Source: Candidatus Liptonbacteria bacterium (GTDB lineage: Bacteria; Patescibacteriota; Minisyncoccia; UBA6257; 2-01-FULL-56-20). From it: 44,847 nt of DNA. Shown here piece after piece: positions 26,417 to 36,448 of this stretch (positions within the stretch are counted from its first letter, which is position 1; the number at the start of each line of letters is the position of its first letter). The DNA lies in the NCBI GenBank assembly GCA_016194445.1, contig JACQBP010000045.1, positions 1-44,847 of the forward strand, in the 5' to 3' direction. The notes beneath the pieces are model-generated. The model worked only from the letters and a program-made list of their open reading frames with translations, was not told the DNA's origin and ran no database searches. The translations under genes were made by a program, and so were the position numbers.

Positions 26417-27114
26417 TTCTTTAAAACCATAACGGCCTTGATCTGGCTCCAGTCGTAATTCATTTTGAGATCGGCTTCCTGAAACAACTGATCTTTCGAC
26501 CAACCGATATTCCAAACTTCACCGAGCGGCAATCCATAAGGAAATCGCTCATCTGTACTGTAAACCACCTCCCCTTCTTGGATCTTCGCCTCTTTTTTAA
26601 TTAAGGTGAGTCTCGGCTCTCCGCCACCGATCACTAAAGCTTCCACTCCGGGCTTGCCGATTTTGGCTTCGGACTTCCACTCTGGATCAAAAATCGTTGT
26701 GACCAAACTCGTCCGCTCTTTCACTTCTTTTATCCTACCAAGTAAAATCTCGTCATTTTTGAGTAAACCGCTCTTTTCCTTCACAAAGAGCGTAACCGCC
26801 TGATTCACTCCTATCCCCTGTCCACGCCCTGCATTCAGTAAAATCTCGTTTTTAAGATTAAAAGGATAGCGGCTGTAAACTAGAGCCGGCGTAAAATCAG
26901 TTGTGATTTTTGGCAACTGCTCTTTAAGATCTCCCAATTTAATCAGTTCTGCTTTGAGCGACTCATTTTCGAGCGTGAGGCGCTCCCGTTCCGTTTCTTC
27001 TCCCGGTTCTTTCGCCAAAAAACTTCTTAAGTCCCAACCCAATTTAGGGTTGAATAAAATTAAAACCAGTAGGCCAAAAATCAAAATCCCCAAAAAAACA
27101 TTTTTCTTCCTCAT
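26413..27114 (-). CDS. mreC: Rod shape-determining protein MreC
   Basis: TM, L..ENE.LK coiled coil, FPYGLPLG. Confidence 0.9.
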   Translation of the reverse strand: MRKKNVFLGILIFGLLVLILFNPKLGWDLRSFLAKEPGEETERERLTLENESLKAELIKLGDLKEQLPKITTDFTPALVYSRYPFNLKNEILLNAGRGQGIGVNQAVTLFVKEKSGLLKNDEILLGRIKEVKERTSLVTTIFDPEWKSEAKIGKPGVEALVIGGGEPRLTLIKKEAKIQEGEVVYSTDERFPYGLPLGEVWNIGWSKDQLFQEADLKMNYDWSQIKAVMVLKK

Positions 27115-27132
27115 ATCATAAAAATATTGAGA

Positions 27133-28185
27133 CTAAGGTGATAAAAAATTAATCGTCATCGGCTTCAAAGGATTGTCGAGCAACTGCCGATGGCCATCAA
27201 AATTATCCACCAGTTTCCCTAAACCGCGCGCCACGCAAGTTAAAGGTTCATCCACCACTTCCGTGGCGACCGATGTTTCCCGCTCTATTAAGGCATCGAT
27301 CCCTCTTAAATTGGCTCCGCCCCCGCAAAGATAAATGCCTTGTTTTAACATATCTCCCACCAGCTCCGGAGGAGTGAGCTCAATCACTTCTTTGATTGTT
27401 TCGATCATTGATCGCACTGACTTGTTGATGGCGGCTCGGACTTGAGTGTCTTTAATTAAAACCTCCCTCGGTAAGCCCGTCGCTAAATCCCGGCCCCGTA
27501 AACTGACCTCCAATTTCTCACTATGCGGAATAGCCGATCCAGCTGCCACCTTGGCAAACTCAGCGGTGGGTTCGCCGATCGCGAGCTTGAATTCATCTCT
27601 TACAAAATTAACTATATCTTCATTAAACTTATCTCCCGCTACCTTGAGAGTCCGGGAAACGACCGTCCCGCCCATTGAAATCACGGCGATATCGGTGGTG
27701 CCGCCGCCAATATCCACGATTAAGCTGGCCGTGGGCAGGTGAATCGGTAAATTCGCTCCCAAGGCTGCCGCTACCGGCGATTCAACTAAGTAAACTTTCG
27801 AACAACCGGCGTTTAAAACTGCGTCCTCGACAGATTTTCTCTCCACTTCCGTCAAATTGTCAGGTATAGATAAAATTCCCCTCCGATAACTGAAAAATGA
27901 CTTCTCGCTAATCTGTCTCAAAAATTGGCGGATGACTTCCTGGGCCATTTCAAAATCAGAAATCACGCCATTTTTAAGTGGTCGGACCACGCTGATATGA
28001 GCGGGCGTTCGTCCAAACATTTTCTTGGCCTCTTCGCCCACGGCTAAAATCTTGTTTGTCTTATTGTTAAACGCCACGACCGTCGGTTCGTTCACTAACA
28101 CTCCTCGACCGCGCAAATAGATCAGGGAATTGGCCGTTCCCAAATCAATCCCGACGTCTTTAAAAAAAGTACCGAAGAATGCCAT
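27133..28185 (-). CDS. mreB: Actin-like MreB
   Basis: GIDLGTAN, RPLKNGVI, VDIGGGTT, TPPEL, PLTCVARG. Confidence 0.96.
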   Translation of the reverse strand: MAFFGTFFKDVGIDLGTANSLIYLRGRGVLVNEPTVVAFNNKTNKILAVGEEAKKMFGRTPAHISVVRPLKNGVISDFEMAQEVIRQFLRQISEKSFFSYRRGILSIPDNLTEVERKSVEDAVLNAGCSKVYLVESPVAAALGANLPIHLPTASLIVDIGGGTTDIAVISMGGTVVSRTLKVAGDKFNEDIVNFVRDEFKLAIGEPTAEFAKVAAGSAIPHSEKLEVSLRGRDLATGLPREVLIKDTQVRAAINKSVRSMIETIKEVIELTPPELVGDMLKQGIYLCGGGANLRGIDALIERETSVATEVVDEPLTCVARGLGKLVDNFDGHRQLLDNPLKPMTINFLSP

Positions 28186-28190
28186 AATGT

Positions 28191-29426
28191 TTAACCTTTA
28201 TTTTTCAGTAATCTCAAAACCCCTTTCACGTCCGCCAATTTAACGTTTTTCTCCGATCTTATTTTGACCTCAACCTTCTTACCAGTTTTTTTACTCAAAA
28301 CTAGTCGCCAAGGAATCCCAATCAAATCCGCCTCCGCGAACTTCTCGCCCGCCGAGATTTTCCTGTCATCATAGAGTACTTCAATCTCCGCCTTCTGTAA
28401 ATCTCCGTAGAGCTTTCTCCCTAAGGCCTTTTCAAGTTCTAAAAGGTGAACTTGAAAAGGCGCCACTGTTTTTGGCCAAACTATTCCCCGCTCATCGTGA
28501 AAAACCTCGGCGATGGTCCCCGCCAATCGGCCTGGGCCAATCCCATAACTTCCCATAATCACCGGCTTCAGCTCCTCATTCTGATCTTTAAACATCAAAT
28601 TAAAATCTGTCGAAAACCGAGCTCCTAAGGAGAAAATATTGCCCACCTCTACCGCCTTCACTTCTTCTAAATCCCCTCGCTTCAAGCCCAAATCCGCCAA
28701 AATTTCCTCCCTTAAAACTTCTTTATTCACAGCTAAACCTTTCTTCCGATCCAAGTAAATCGTATCTTCGCCGACCGGTGCAATTGTTTGAAACTCGTGA
28801 GAATATTTTGAAAAAGTGCCACCGGAAGCGAAGGTCAAAAAAGTCTTATCCCCCAAGCCCACCCGGCTAAAAACCTTTAAATAGGCTCCCTTAGCCTTCT
28901 CGTAAAACGCCCTATGTTGAACTTCAGAATCCGTAAATGAGTACAAATCCTTCATCAAAAACTCGCGCGTTCTTAAAATCCCACTCTTCGCTCGAATTTC
29001 ATTTCGAAATTTAGTTTGAAATTGATAAACGAAAATCGGCAAATCTCGGTACGAGGAGATATAACTCTTCATCAGGTACGTGAGAGGCTCTTCGTGAGTG
29101 GCTGCGAGTCCGAGTTCCGAATCATTTTTCAACTTCGTCTTAAACCAAACGTCCAAAACTTTATCCTCCCAACGGCCACTCTTCTGCCAAACGGTTTTGT
29201 CCTGAAGGGTTGAGAGTAAAAGTTCTTGCCCTCCAATCGCATTCATCTCCTCCCGAATAATCTGCTCAATTTTTTTCAAAACCCGAAACCCGAGCGGCAA
29301 ATATTCGTACACGCCCGCCATCACTTTATGCACAAAACCAGCCCTGACTAAAAACCGCATCCCTTGGGCTTCCTCGTCCGCCGGAAACGTGCGGAAAGAT
29401 TTAGTAAATAATTCTGACTGTTTCAT
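28191..29426 (-). CDS. proS: Proline-tRNA ligase, short form without INS editing domain
   Basis: THEE, YRDLP, KFRNE.RAKSG.LR.REFLMKD, EVGNIF.LG, MGSYGIG; 411 aa. Confidence 0.95.
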   Translation of the reverse strand: MKQSELFTKSFRTFPADEEAQGMRFLVRAGFVHKVMAGVYEYLPLGFRVLKKIEQIIREEMNAIGGQELLLSTLQDKTVWQKSGRWEDKVLDVWFKTKLKNDSELGLAATHEEPLTYLMKSYISSYRDLPIFVYQFQTKFRNEIRAKSGILRTREFLMKDLYSFTDSEVQHRAFYEKAKGAYLKVFSRVGLGDKTFLTFASGGTFSKYSHEFQTIAPVGEDTIYLDRKKGLAVNKEVLREEILADLGLKRGDLEEVKAVEVGNIFSLGARFSTDFNLMFKDQNEELKPVIMGSYGIGPGRLAGTIAEVFHDERGIVWPKTVAPFQVHLLELEKALGRKLYGDLQKAEIEVLYDDRKISAGEKFAEADLIGIPWRLVLSKKTGKKVEVKIRSEKNVKLADVKGVLRLLKNKG

Positions 29427-29546
29427 CTTTATTTAAAAAGAATAGCACAGGAAAGATGACCTCGCAAAAATTGACAATTTCCATTAAAACCTATAGATTA
29501 AAAAATGGTAACGGAACCGGCGACAACAGTAAAGGAGGACTCACGA

Positions 29547-29768
29547 ATGCACAATCCAACCAGCTTCCCCTACGAGGTCCAGGTCAGAGATATTGAAGAC
29601 CCAGAAACTCCGTTCCGCATCAAAATCGATCGAGACCCTCAAACCCTCAAGCTGGACTCGAAACTCGTAGCGGAAAACGGCAACGGCTACACAGTCATCA
29701 GCTTCGCTGCTGATGGTAATCCAATTATCGACCTCACCGACTGTGCCACGGTCTTACCACCGGCCTGA
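29547..29768 (+). CDS. Hypothetical small protein (start MHNPT)
   Basis: AAGGAGG SD; TTGACA-17-TAGATT promoter at 29471; hairpin GAAGCCCCG/CGGGGCTTC at 29791-29822. Confidence 0.6.
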   Translation: MHNPTSFPYEVQVRDIEDPETPFRIKIDRDPQTLKLDSKLVAENGNGYTVISFAADGNPIIDLTDCATVLPPA

Positions 29769-29828
29769 AAACGGCTGGAGCCAAAGCATTGAAGCCCCGT
29801 TCGTTTTTGCGCGCGGGGCTTCCAACTT

Positions 29829-30902
29829 TTAAAAAAACTTAGCTAAAAAGAAAATCACGAGTCCAAAAGCGCTGAAAACCGCCGAGATAATCCAAAACCG
29901 CATGGTCACCTGTGATTCCGGCCAACCTAAGGCCTCAAAATGGTGATGAATGGGGGTGGAGAGAAAAATTTTCTTCCCTCTCGTTTTTTTGCTGATCATC
30001 TGGGCTATCACCGACAAAGATTCGGCCACCAAAATAATTCCGAAAAAAGGCAAGAGTAGGACGGTATTGGTGAGCATCGCGATCACCCCAATTGTAATCC
30101 CAAGTGACATCGAACCGGTATCCCCCATAAAAAATCTGGCCGGATATATGTTAAACCATAAAAATGCGAGTAGCGCTCCAATTGTCACTCCGCCAAAAGC
30201 CGCTAAATCGTACCGCCCTAAAACAAAAGCCACGGTGGTCAAGGCCACAAAGGCAAAAAGCGACACGCCGCCCAAAAGTCCGTCTAAACCATCGGTTTCG
30301 TTGGCCGAAAAGGCGCTCGCGACAATAATAAAAATAAAAATCGGAATGTTGAGCCACCCCACTTCAATCGTTCCCAAAAACGGCACATAAATCACGGTCC
30401 AATCGAGTTTAAAATAAAACCACCACGCCCCAATTAAAGCCGCCACCGTGTAAACCAAAAGTTTATATCGAATTTTGAGTCCTCCTCCGTTCGAACCAAT
30501 CTTTAAAACACCAAGCCAGTCATCTAGGAGTCCCAAAATCGCGGCGATAATTAAAGCCGCGAGCGGCAAATAAGTTTGAGCTCGGTCAATAAAATTTAAA
30601 TAACCCCAAAAACCGTCAAAAAAGTAATTCAAAATCCCAAAGACAATGGCAAGTAAGAGTACCGTTGACCAAATAATCACCCCGCCCGCCGTTGGCGTGC
30701 CTTCTTTTTTCTGATGGAATTTATGAAAAACTGGCGCCTCCGATCTGGTCCGGATCTGTTTACGCATTTGATATCTTTTTATAAGCCGATACCAAAAAGG
30801 CGTGGCAAGAAGCGCCACTAAAAAAGCTATCCCCGTCAAAATAATGACGCGAATAGCTTGACCAGGAATCGATTCCGATAAAACTCCTTGAGAAAAAATC
30901 AT
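29829..30902 (-). CDS. mraY: Phospho-N-acetylmuramoyl-pentapeptide transferase
   Basis: KEGTPTAGG, DD, NETDGLDGL, FMGDTGS, PIHHHFE; start at MIFSQ. Confidence 0.95.
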   Translation of the reverse strand: MIFSQGVLSESIPGQAIRVIILTGIAFLVALLATPFWYRLIKRYQMRKQIRTRSEAPVFHKFHQKKEGTPTAGGVIIWSTVLLLAIVFGILNYFFDGFWGYLNFIDRAQTYLPLAALIIAAILGLLDDWLGVLKIGSNGGGLKIRYKLLVYTVAALIGAWWFYFKLDWTVIYVPFLGTIEVGWLNIPIFIFIIVASAFSANETDGLDGLLGGVSLFAFVALTTVAFVLGRYDLAAFGGVTIGALLAFLWFNIYPARFFMGDTGSMSLGITIGVIAMLTNTVLLLPFFGIILVAESLSVIAQMISKKTRGKKIFLSTPIHHHFEALGWPESQVTMRFWIISAVFSAFGLVIFFLAKFF

Positions 30903-30915
30903 TCCGTCGTGTAAG

Positions 30916-31971
30916 TTAATATCGATAACTCGACTTAAACCAATTAAACAAACTTTCGGTCTCGCCAAATCTATCGTCCGTTCCGAGAATGATAACTCCG
31001 ACCGGCCTCCGTCCATAAGCGAAGATTGAAATCAGATTACCTTGAGCTTCATCGGTGTGACCGGTTTTCCCGCCCAAAAAATCCGCTCGACCAGCCAAAG
31101 TATTATTATTATCAAACTTAAACACTCGGTTAGTGCTCAAATCTCGAATCGAAATTTTCGCTTTTCTGGTTAACTCAAAAATTTTGGGATAGTTCTCATA
31201 AATTTTTTCCGAGAGCTTTTTTAAATCCCTCACGGTGGATTGATTAGAAACTGATATCCCGGTCGGATCTTTAAAATAAGTACCGTTCAAATCCCACGCT
31301 TTGGCTTGTTCGTTCATCGCCGTTATAAAATTTTCTCGCCCGAAGGTGTGGGCCAAAGCTTCCGCCGCTTCATTACTAGAAGTTCCAAGCATAACTTTCA
31401 AAAGATCGTCAGCGGTAAAAACCTCCCCCACTTTAAGCTCGGCTCCATTCCCCTCTGGAAACTCGAAATCCTTCGCCTCCAAACTAACTTTCTGGTTCAA
31501 ATCAATGTTCTTGATGGTCAAGGCCGCTGTCATAAGTTTAGTGAGCGAAGCCATGGGCCAGCGAGTTTCACCTCCTAGCTCAAAATAAGCCGTGTCGGTT
31601 TGAAGGTCAAAAACCGTGGCCGCTTGAACTTTTATCTCTGGAGGGTCTAATTCTTGAGTCTTGAAAAAGCTAAACTTAGTTTGTTCGCTTTTAGCCTGCG
31701 CCGGATCGATATTGCTCTTTGACTGAACGGCTTGGTTTGGAATCGCCTCGCTAACATTTGACGTTGAGCTTTCATCTATTAAAGAAGTGAAATCGGAACT
31801 GGTGGTTATTATAAGATTATTGGTCACCGATGCCGACTCCAACTTAATCTCTGGCTTTGGCGGTTCTTTTTTCGCGATCACCTCTTGGCTCTTGGTTTTG
31901 CTATTCCCTAAAACCACCGTCACAAAAACCATCACTCCCACCAGTAAAAATTTTGGAAAATTATTCTTCAT
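30916..31971 (-). CDS. D-alanyl-D-alanine carboxypeptidase (peptidase S11)
   Basis: ASLTKLMT, SSN, KTG; start MKNNF overlapping the scpB end. Confidence 0.9.
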   Translation of the reverse strand: MKNNFPKFLLVGVMVFVTVVLGNSKTKSQEVIAKKEPPKPEIKLESASVTNNLIITTSSDFTSLIDESSTSNVSEAIPNQAVQSKSNIDPAQAKSEQTKFSFFKTQELDPPEIKVQAATVFDLQTDTAYFELGGETRWPMASLTKLMTAALTIKNIDLNQKVSLEAKDFEFPEGNGAELKVGEVFTADDLLKVMLGTSSNEAAEALAHTFGRENFITAMNEQAKAWDLNGTYFKDPTGISVSNQSTVRDLKKLSEKIYENYPKIFELTRKAKISIRDLSTNRVFKFDNNNTLAGRADFLGGKTGHTDEAQGNLISIFAYGRRPVGVIILGTDDRFGETESLFNWFKSSYRY

Positions 31972-32548
31972 TTTGGTTCGTAGTTTCTTTAGCGGTCGTG
32001 AGCGGCGCTTCAAAACCCTCAAGCAAAGACTTGAATTTGCCGTAATCCGGCAACTCCTCAATTTTTTGAAGACCGAGGTGTTTTATCAAATCCAAACTCG
32101 CTTGGTACAAATAACTATTCAGTCGTTTCGGATCGGGAAAGCGCTCCACTAAACCTCGCAGCAATAAATTTCTAAGCGTAAAAACCGAATTGACTCCTCG
32201 AAAATAATCGAGCCGACTCCTCGAGATCGGACCTAAATAAGCTACTACCGACAACGCTTCCACCGAAGCCGGCGACAAGTCTTCCGAAAGTTCATCTTTG
32301 ATAAACTGATTTAAAATTCCAGCCATCGCGGGTTTCGTCGCGAGTTGGAAAAAATCTCCCTGAGAAACCAACCCCAACCCCCTCTGATCGCTCTCGAGCG
32401 TTTCTTTAAGCTGGTTCAAAAGTCTCTCCCCTTCTCCCAGCTTGAGGTTTAAAAATTTCTCGATCTTCTTAACCTCGAGCGGCTCCCCGTGAATAAAAAG
32501 TAAAGCCTCAAGCGCTGCTAACTTTCGATTTGTTTTCTGTTCTTCCAT
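31961..32548 (-). CDS. scpB: SMC-Scp complex subunit ScpB
   Basis: LEALLF, EALSVVAY.GP, RGVNS, EELP; start MEEQK. Confidence 0.93.
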   Translation of the reverse strand: MEEQKTNRKLAALEALLFIHGEPLEVKKIEKFLNLKLGEGERLLNQLKETLESDQRGLGLVSQGDFFQLATKPAMAGILNQFIKDELSEDLSPASVEALSVVAYLGPISRSRLDYFRGVNSVFTLRNLLLRGLVERFPDPKRLNSYLYQASLDLIKHLGLQKIEELPDYGKFKSLLEGFEAPLTTAKETTNQNEE

Positions 32549-32562
32549 TTTACTTTCTTTAA

Positions 32563-32704
32563 AAATGAAGAGGGTTAAGTTTTGAAACCCCCGCAGCCGC
32601 TTTGGCATGGTCCGCTCGTTCTCTTCGAGCGGCAAAGCGGTGAGGATAAGCGAATGAGCCGCTGGGCGAAAGAAGCGGGTTGAAAAATTTAATCCTCTTC
32701 ATTT
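32563..32704 (+). repeat. Dispersed structured element family B (divergent), overlapping the scpA stop
   Basis: Closing stem AAATGAAGAGGG/CCTCTTCATTT; CCGCTTTG-GCATGGT-hairpin-CAAAGCGG; GCCGCTGG loop. Confidence 0.75.
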
Positions 32705-33433
32705 CCTTCTCACTATTATATCAGAAAAATAAGTCTCTTGCTCGAGGTAAATCAACTGCTCTCTCGCCAAATGCAAAATCGCCAAAAAAATAATGATGAT
32801 CTCGGCCTTAGTTTTCGACTCGGCCATTTGCATAAAACTATCCTCCCCCTTGCCTTGCAGCCGGAGAATGATTTCCTGAATTTTTTCCTCGATAGAAACC
32901 ACTCTTTCCCTCACCACCTTCTCTTCAACTTCTAGGTCCCTAAAACCTTCAACAATATTGCTCAAAGCCTGGAGCAAAATTTTCTGATTCAACTTATCCC
33001 CAGGATAAAAAACCCCCGCCCAACTACCCGCTCCCGCCGCCCCCAAACCTCCTTCCAAAAAATAGGGCCGGCTAAATTCGTTGTTTTTCTCCCGCCACCG
33101 AAGTTGGAGCATCTTCATCGCCGGTTTGAGTTCTCTGTACAACTTGAGTCTTCTCTCCAAATCCTTAATGTCCTCCTCTTCTTCCTGCGATAATTCTAAC
33201 CGCGGCAAAAGCGATTTAGATTTTAAAAGTACTAACCGGCTCGCAACCACAATAAAATCAGCTAAAGTCGGCACCTCCACCTTTTCTAAACTGCGGATAT
33301 ATTTCAAAAAATCATCGGTCACGGCCGCCAAACTAATTTCCGACACCTCCATTTTTCGCTCCTCAATAAACTGAAGTAGCTTGTCCAAGGGGCCAGCAAA
33401 TTTTTCTAACCTTAATTCATACGTTGGATTCAT
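32699..33433 (-). CDS. scpA: SMC-Scp complex kleisin ScpA
   Basis: FAGPLDKLL, LKSKSLLP, FLAILHL, Q..YFSDI; start MNPTY. Confidence 0.93.
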   Translation of the reverse strand: MNPTYELRLEKFAGPLDKLLQFIEERKMEVSEISLAAVTDDFLKYIRSLEKVEVPTLADFIVVASRLVLLKSKSLLPRLELSQEEEEDIKDLERRLKLYRELKPAMKMLQLRWREKNNEFSRPYFLEGGLGAAGAGSWAGVFYPGDKLNQKILLQALSNIVEGFRDLEVEEKVVRERVVSIEEKIQEIILRLQGKGEDSFMQMAESKTKAEIIIIFLAILHLAREQLIYLEQETYFSDIIVRRK

Positions 33434-33438
33434 AAAAA

Positions 33439-34728
33439 TTATTGCGCAAGTAATAACGCTTCTCTTGTATAAACATTCGCCGGATTCCAAACTAACCACC
33501 CCTGCCCCTCATTTTCCTCGCTCGCTTTGATTTCCGCCCGGACTTTCGTGGCGTCATAAGTCGCGCCCAGATTAAAATCCTGAAGCCAGGGTCGGATTTT
33601 CGCCCGAGCTTCTTTTGTTTTTACCACCTCCGTGGTTCCGGAGGCCGCCGTGGTCGAAGTGCTTTTCACTTTTTCAAATTCATAATTCCTGATTTTTAGC
33701 ATCGCCCCTTCAAGCGAATTTTTAATCACTTCATAAGGATAATCGGCCGGATTTTTATAACCGGCAAACCCAGAGGCGTAATGCGACGGATAAACCATCG
33801 GATCGATGTAATCAAAATAAGGCAGCGCTTTCAGAAGCGTCTGCCCGATGCCTAAATCATCTATGGCCACGGTAACCAACCCAAACAAATCCGCCGAAAG
33901 TTTTGCCTCGCCTAAATTTTCTCTCAAATATTTAAAGAAACTCCCAATCACCGATGCCCTCGAGCTTTTCTTATCCCAAACCGGATAGATAATTTTATTC
34001 AAACTGCCGTCCGAAGGAAAGCGGACGTAGTCAAAATTCACCTCGTCAAAACCTCGAGTGAGAGCGTCTCGAGCAACCGTTAAATCATAATTCCAAACAT
34101 CCTTCGAAGCGGGGTCCATCCAAGCCAAACCTTTATTATCTTTCCAAACCGATCCCGTCGAACTGCTCTTTAAAGCCCACTCCGGATGCGCCCCGGCCAA
34201 GATTGGATCCTGAAAAACCGAAATCCGGCCGATCACATAAATCTGTTTTTCGTGCAGTTTTTTGATTAAAGCGTTCGGCTTCAAAATCCGCAGTTCATTC
34301 AAAGCTCCGCTCCCCTTAATGAGTGGTTCGTCAATATAATAAGAAACGTAACCCGAATAATCTTTAATATCAATCACGATCGCATTCAACTCCGTCTCGT
34401 CAATCATCTTCATCAAATAGTCCATCTTTTTGGTTGAACCCGCCGACCAGCCCGTCGCGTAAATCGCTTTGATCACCGCCGGCGGGTTGGCTAGTGGCTG
34501 TTGATTTTCGATATCGCCACTGCTTTTTTTAACTTCGCTTTTTAAGATAGATGAAGTTGGAATCGGCGCCTCTGGTTGGCCCTGGATGCCCCCCATCGGA
34601 TTGGTCGAACTCGAACCAACCGAATCCGCCGGCTTAATCTCAAAAACTTTTGGCGCTCGGAAAAATAAAAAAAACCCGGCCGCCGCCAAAATTAAAACCG
34701 CTATAAACCACCCGTAAAACTTCATCAT
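33439..34728 (-). CDS. Putative glycoside hydrolase (DUF4015/GH18-like)
   Basis: ELNAIVIDIKD, GFDEVNFDYVRFP, PMVYPSHY, RPWLQDF; N-terminal TM. Confidence 0.85.
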   Translation of the reverse strand: MMKFYGWFIAVLILAAAGFFLFFRAPKVFEIKPADSVGSSSTNPMGGIQGQPEAPIPTSSILKSEVKKSSGDIENQQPLANPPAVIKAIYATGWSAGSTKKMDYLMKMIDETELNAIVIDIKDYSGYVSYYIDEPLIKGSGALNELRILKPNALIKKLHEKQIYVIGRISVFQDPILAGAHPEWALKSSSTGSVWKDNKGLAWMDPASKDVWNYDLTVARDALTRGFDEVNFDYVRFPSDGSLNKIIYPVWDKKSSRASVIGSFFKYLRENLGEAKLSADLFGLVTVAIDDLGIGQTLLKALPYFDYIDPMVYPSHYASGFAGYKNPADYPYEVIKNSLEGAMLKIRNYEFEKVKSTSTTAASGTTEVVKTKEARAKIRPWLQDFNLGATYDATKVRAEIKASEENEGQGWLVWNPANVYTREALLLAQ

Positions 34729-34845
34729 CTATGGAGAAAGTCTAGTTTAATTAAAGTCAGAATACCACGAAAAACTTCGCTCGTAAAACGAAAAACCCTC
34801 GCCTGTAAAAGACGAGGGGTGATCTGAAAATGCAACGGGGCTCAA

Positions 34846-34974
34846 TCAGCGAGCCACCGGGTGGTGAATAAAGGCGTACACGCCGACAACTATTAACCCG
34901 ATGAGTACGGCCCACATCCACCATGTCCCCTTGGCCGACTGGTCAGTCTGACCATCATCCAATTCCGCTGCCAT
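34846..34974 (-). CDS. 42-aa single-pass membrane microprotein
   Basis: MAAELDDGQTDQSAKGTWWMWAVLIGLIVVGVYAFIHHPVAR; GGGAGG SD; terminator at ~34791-34820. Confidence 0.65.
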   Translation of the reverse strand: MAAELDDGQTDQSAKGTWWMWAVLIGLIVVGVYAFIHHPVAR

Positions 34975-35027
34975 ACTTCCCTCCCGTTACTCGGCGCTGT
35001 TTTAAAAAAACGTTTGCGGAAAATGGA

Positions 35028-35153
35028 TTACCAGCTTGGATGGTACATCCAAACCAACACACCAGAGATGGCTACAAGACAAACTACCAGAAACCACAAC
35101 GGCATCCCGTCTTTTCCCTGCAAAGAGACTCCATCTCCCTCCCGTGTTTCCAT
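35028..35153 (-). CDS. 41-aa single-pass membrane microprotein
   Basis: METREGDGVSLQGKDGMPLWFLVVCLVAISGVLVWMYHPSW; GGAGG SD; TTGACG-17-TATTTT promoter upstream. Confidence 0.65.
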   Translation of the reverse strand: METREGDGVSLQGKDGMPLWFLVVCLVAISGVLVWMYHPSW

Positions 35154-35247
35154 AGAACCCTCCGCTCAAAACTGCCGTTAAATTTCCCTTGGATACCAAT
35201 TTTAAAATACTAGAAAATCCAATCGGCGTCAATTAATCCCCCCTGCT

Positions 35248-35282
35248 TGATACTTAATACTGAATACTTAATACTATATACT
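35248..35282 (+). repeat. Heptamer tandem repeat (nnATACT)x5 abutting the dnaX start
   Basis: tgatact taatact gaatact taatact atatact then ATG. Confidence 0.8.
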
Positions 35283-36392
35283 ATGTCGCTTGCCTTATAT
35301 AGAAAATACCGCCCTAAAAAACTCGAAGATCTGATCGGCCAAGAAACCACCGTTCAGATCCTCAAAAACGCGGCCAAATCTGACCGCCTCGGCCATGCTT
35401 ATCTTTTCTACGGACCAAGAGGCACCGGCAAAACTTCGACCGCGAGATTAATCGCCAAGCTCTTAAACTGCGAAAAACGCTTGAGCGACGAAAAATTCCG
35501 CCTTCTTGGCGAACCCTGTGGCGAATGTTCGCACTGCAAAGAAATCGATATGAACTTCTCTTTCGATGTGGTTGAGATCGACGCCGCCTCGAATCGCGGC
35601 ATCGATGAAATCCGCAACCTCAAAGAAAACATTCAAACCTCGCCGGTCAAAGGTGACTACAAAGTTTACATCATTGATGAAGTCCACATGTTAACCGGCC
35701 CGGCTTGGAACGCTCTCCTTAAAACCCTAGAAGAACCTCCCGCGCACGCCGTCTTTGTTTTAGCCACCACTGAATACGAAAAAATCCCAGCCACCGTGAG
35801 CTCCCGCGCTCAGCGCTTCGTTTTCAAAAAAGCCTCCAAGGTTAAAATCATTGAAAAAATAAAAATGATCGCGGGCCTAGAAAAAATCGCGATCGAAGAC
35901 GCTGCCCTCGAACTTATCGCCGCTATCGGCGACGGCTCCTTCCGCGACGCGGAATCCCTCTTAGATCAGTTAAGTTCTTCGGGCGAAAAAATCACTCTCG
36001 AAGTCGTCGAGCAACTCACCGGCCGCACGGGATTAAAAAAAGTGAGTGAACTCTCCGAACTGATTTTGAAAAAAGACGCGGCGGGCGCTTTAAGTTTCCT
36101 GGCCGAAATGAGCGAAGAAGGCGTCAACCTCACCCAACTCGCCAAAGACCTCATCCACTATCTTCGTAAAATCCTCTCTTTAAAAACCAACCCCGGCCTC
36201 GAAAGATTTTTCTCCTCTGAACTGACTAAAGAAGAGATTGAACACTTAAAAAAATTATCTGCTCTCGCCGACACCGAACGTCAAATCAAATTTTTAAAAT
36301 CCCTTATCCTCGCCTACACCGAAATCCGCTATTCTCCTTTCCCAATCGTCCCCCTTGAAGTGGCTATTATCGAAAACCTCCAAACCCCTTAA
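35283..36392 (+). CDS. dnaX: DNA polymerase III subunit gamma/tau (short, 369 aa)
   Basis: ALYRKYRP, GPRGTGKTS, EIDAASNRG, IIDEVHML, NALLKTLEEPP. Confidence 0.96.
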   Translation: MSLALYRKYRPKKLEDLIGQETTVQILKNAAKSDRLGHAYLFYGPRGTGKTSTARLIAKLLNCEKRLSDEKFRLLGEPCGECSHCKEIDMNFSFDVVEIDAASNRGIDEIRNLKENIQTSPVKGDYKVYIIDEVHMLTGPAWNALLKTLEEPPAHAVFVLATTEYEKIPATVSSRAQRFVFKKASKVKIIEKIKMIAGLEKIAIEDAALELIAAIGDGSFRDAESLLDQLSSSGEKITLEVVEQLTGRTGLKKVSELSELILKKDAAGALSFLAEMSEEGVNLTQLAKDLIHYLRKILSLKTNPGLERFFSSELTKEEIEHLKKLSALADTERQIKFLKSLILAYTEIRYSPFPIVPLEVAIIENLQTP

Positions 36393-36448
36393 AAGAACTG
36401 CGGGCCTACTCCGTAGAATAAGCCCGCAAAACAGTTTGTGCTCTTGAA

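Noticed and set aside
32549-32635. N-terminal extensions in the ORF track for scpB (also scpA, mraY, S11 peptidase, mreD, dnaX)
   Set aside because: They run through repeat elements or overlap upstream genes; downstream ATGs match family starts.
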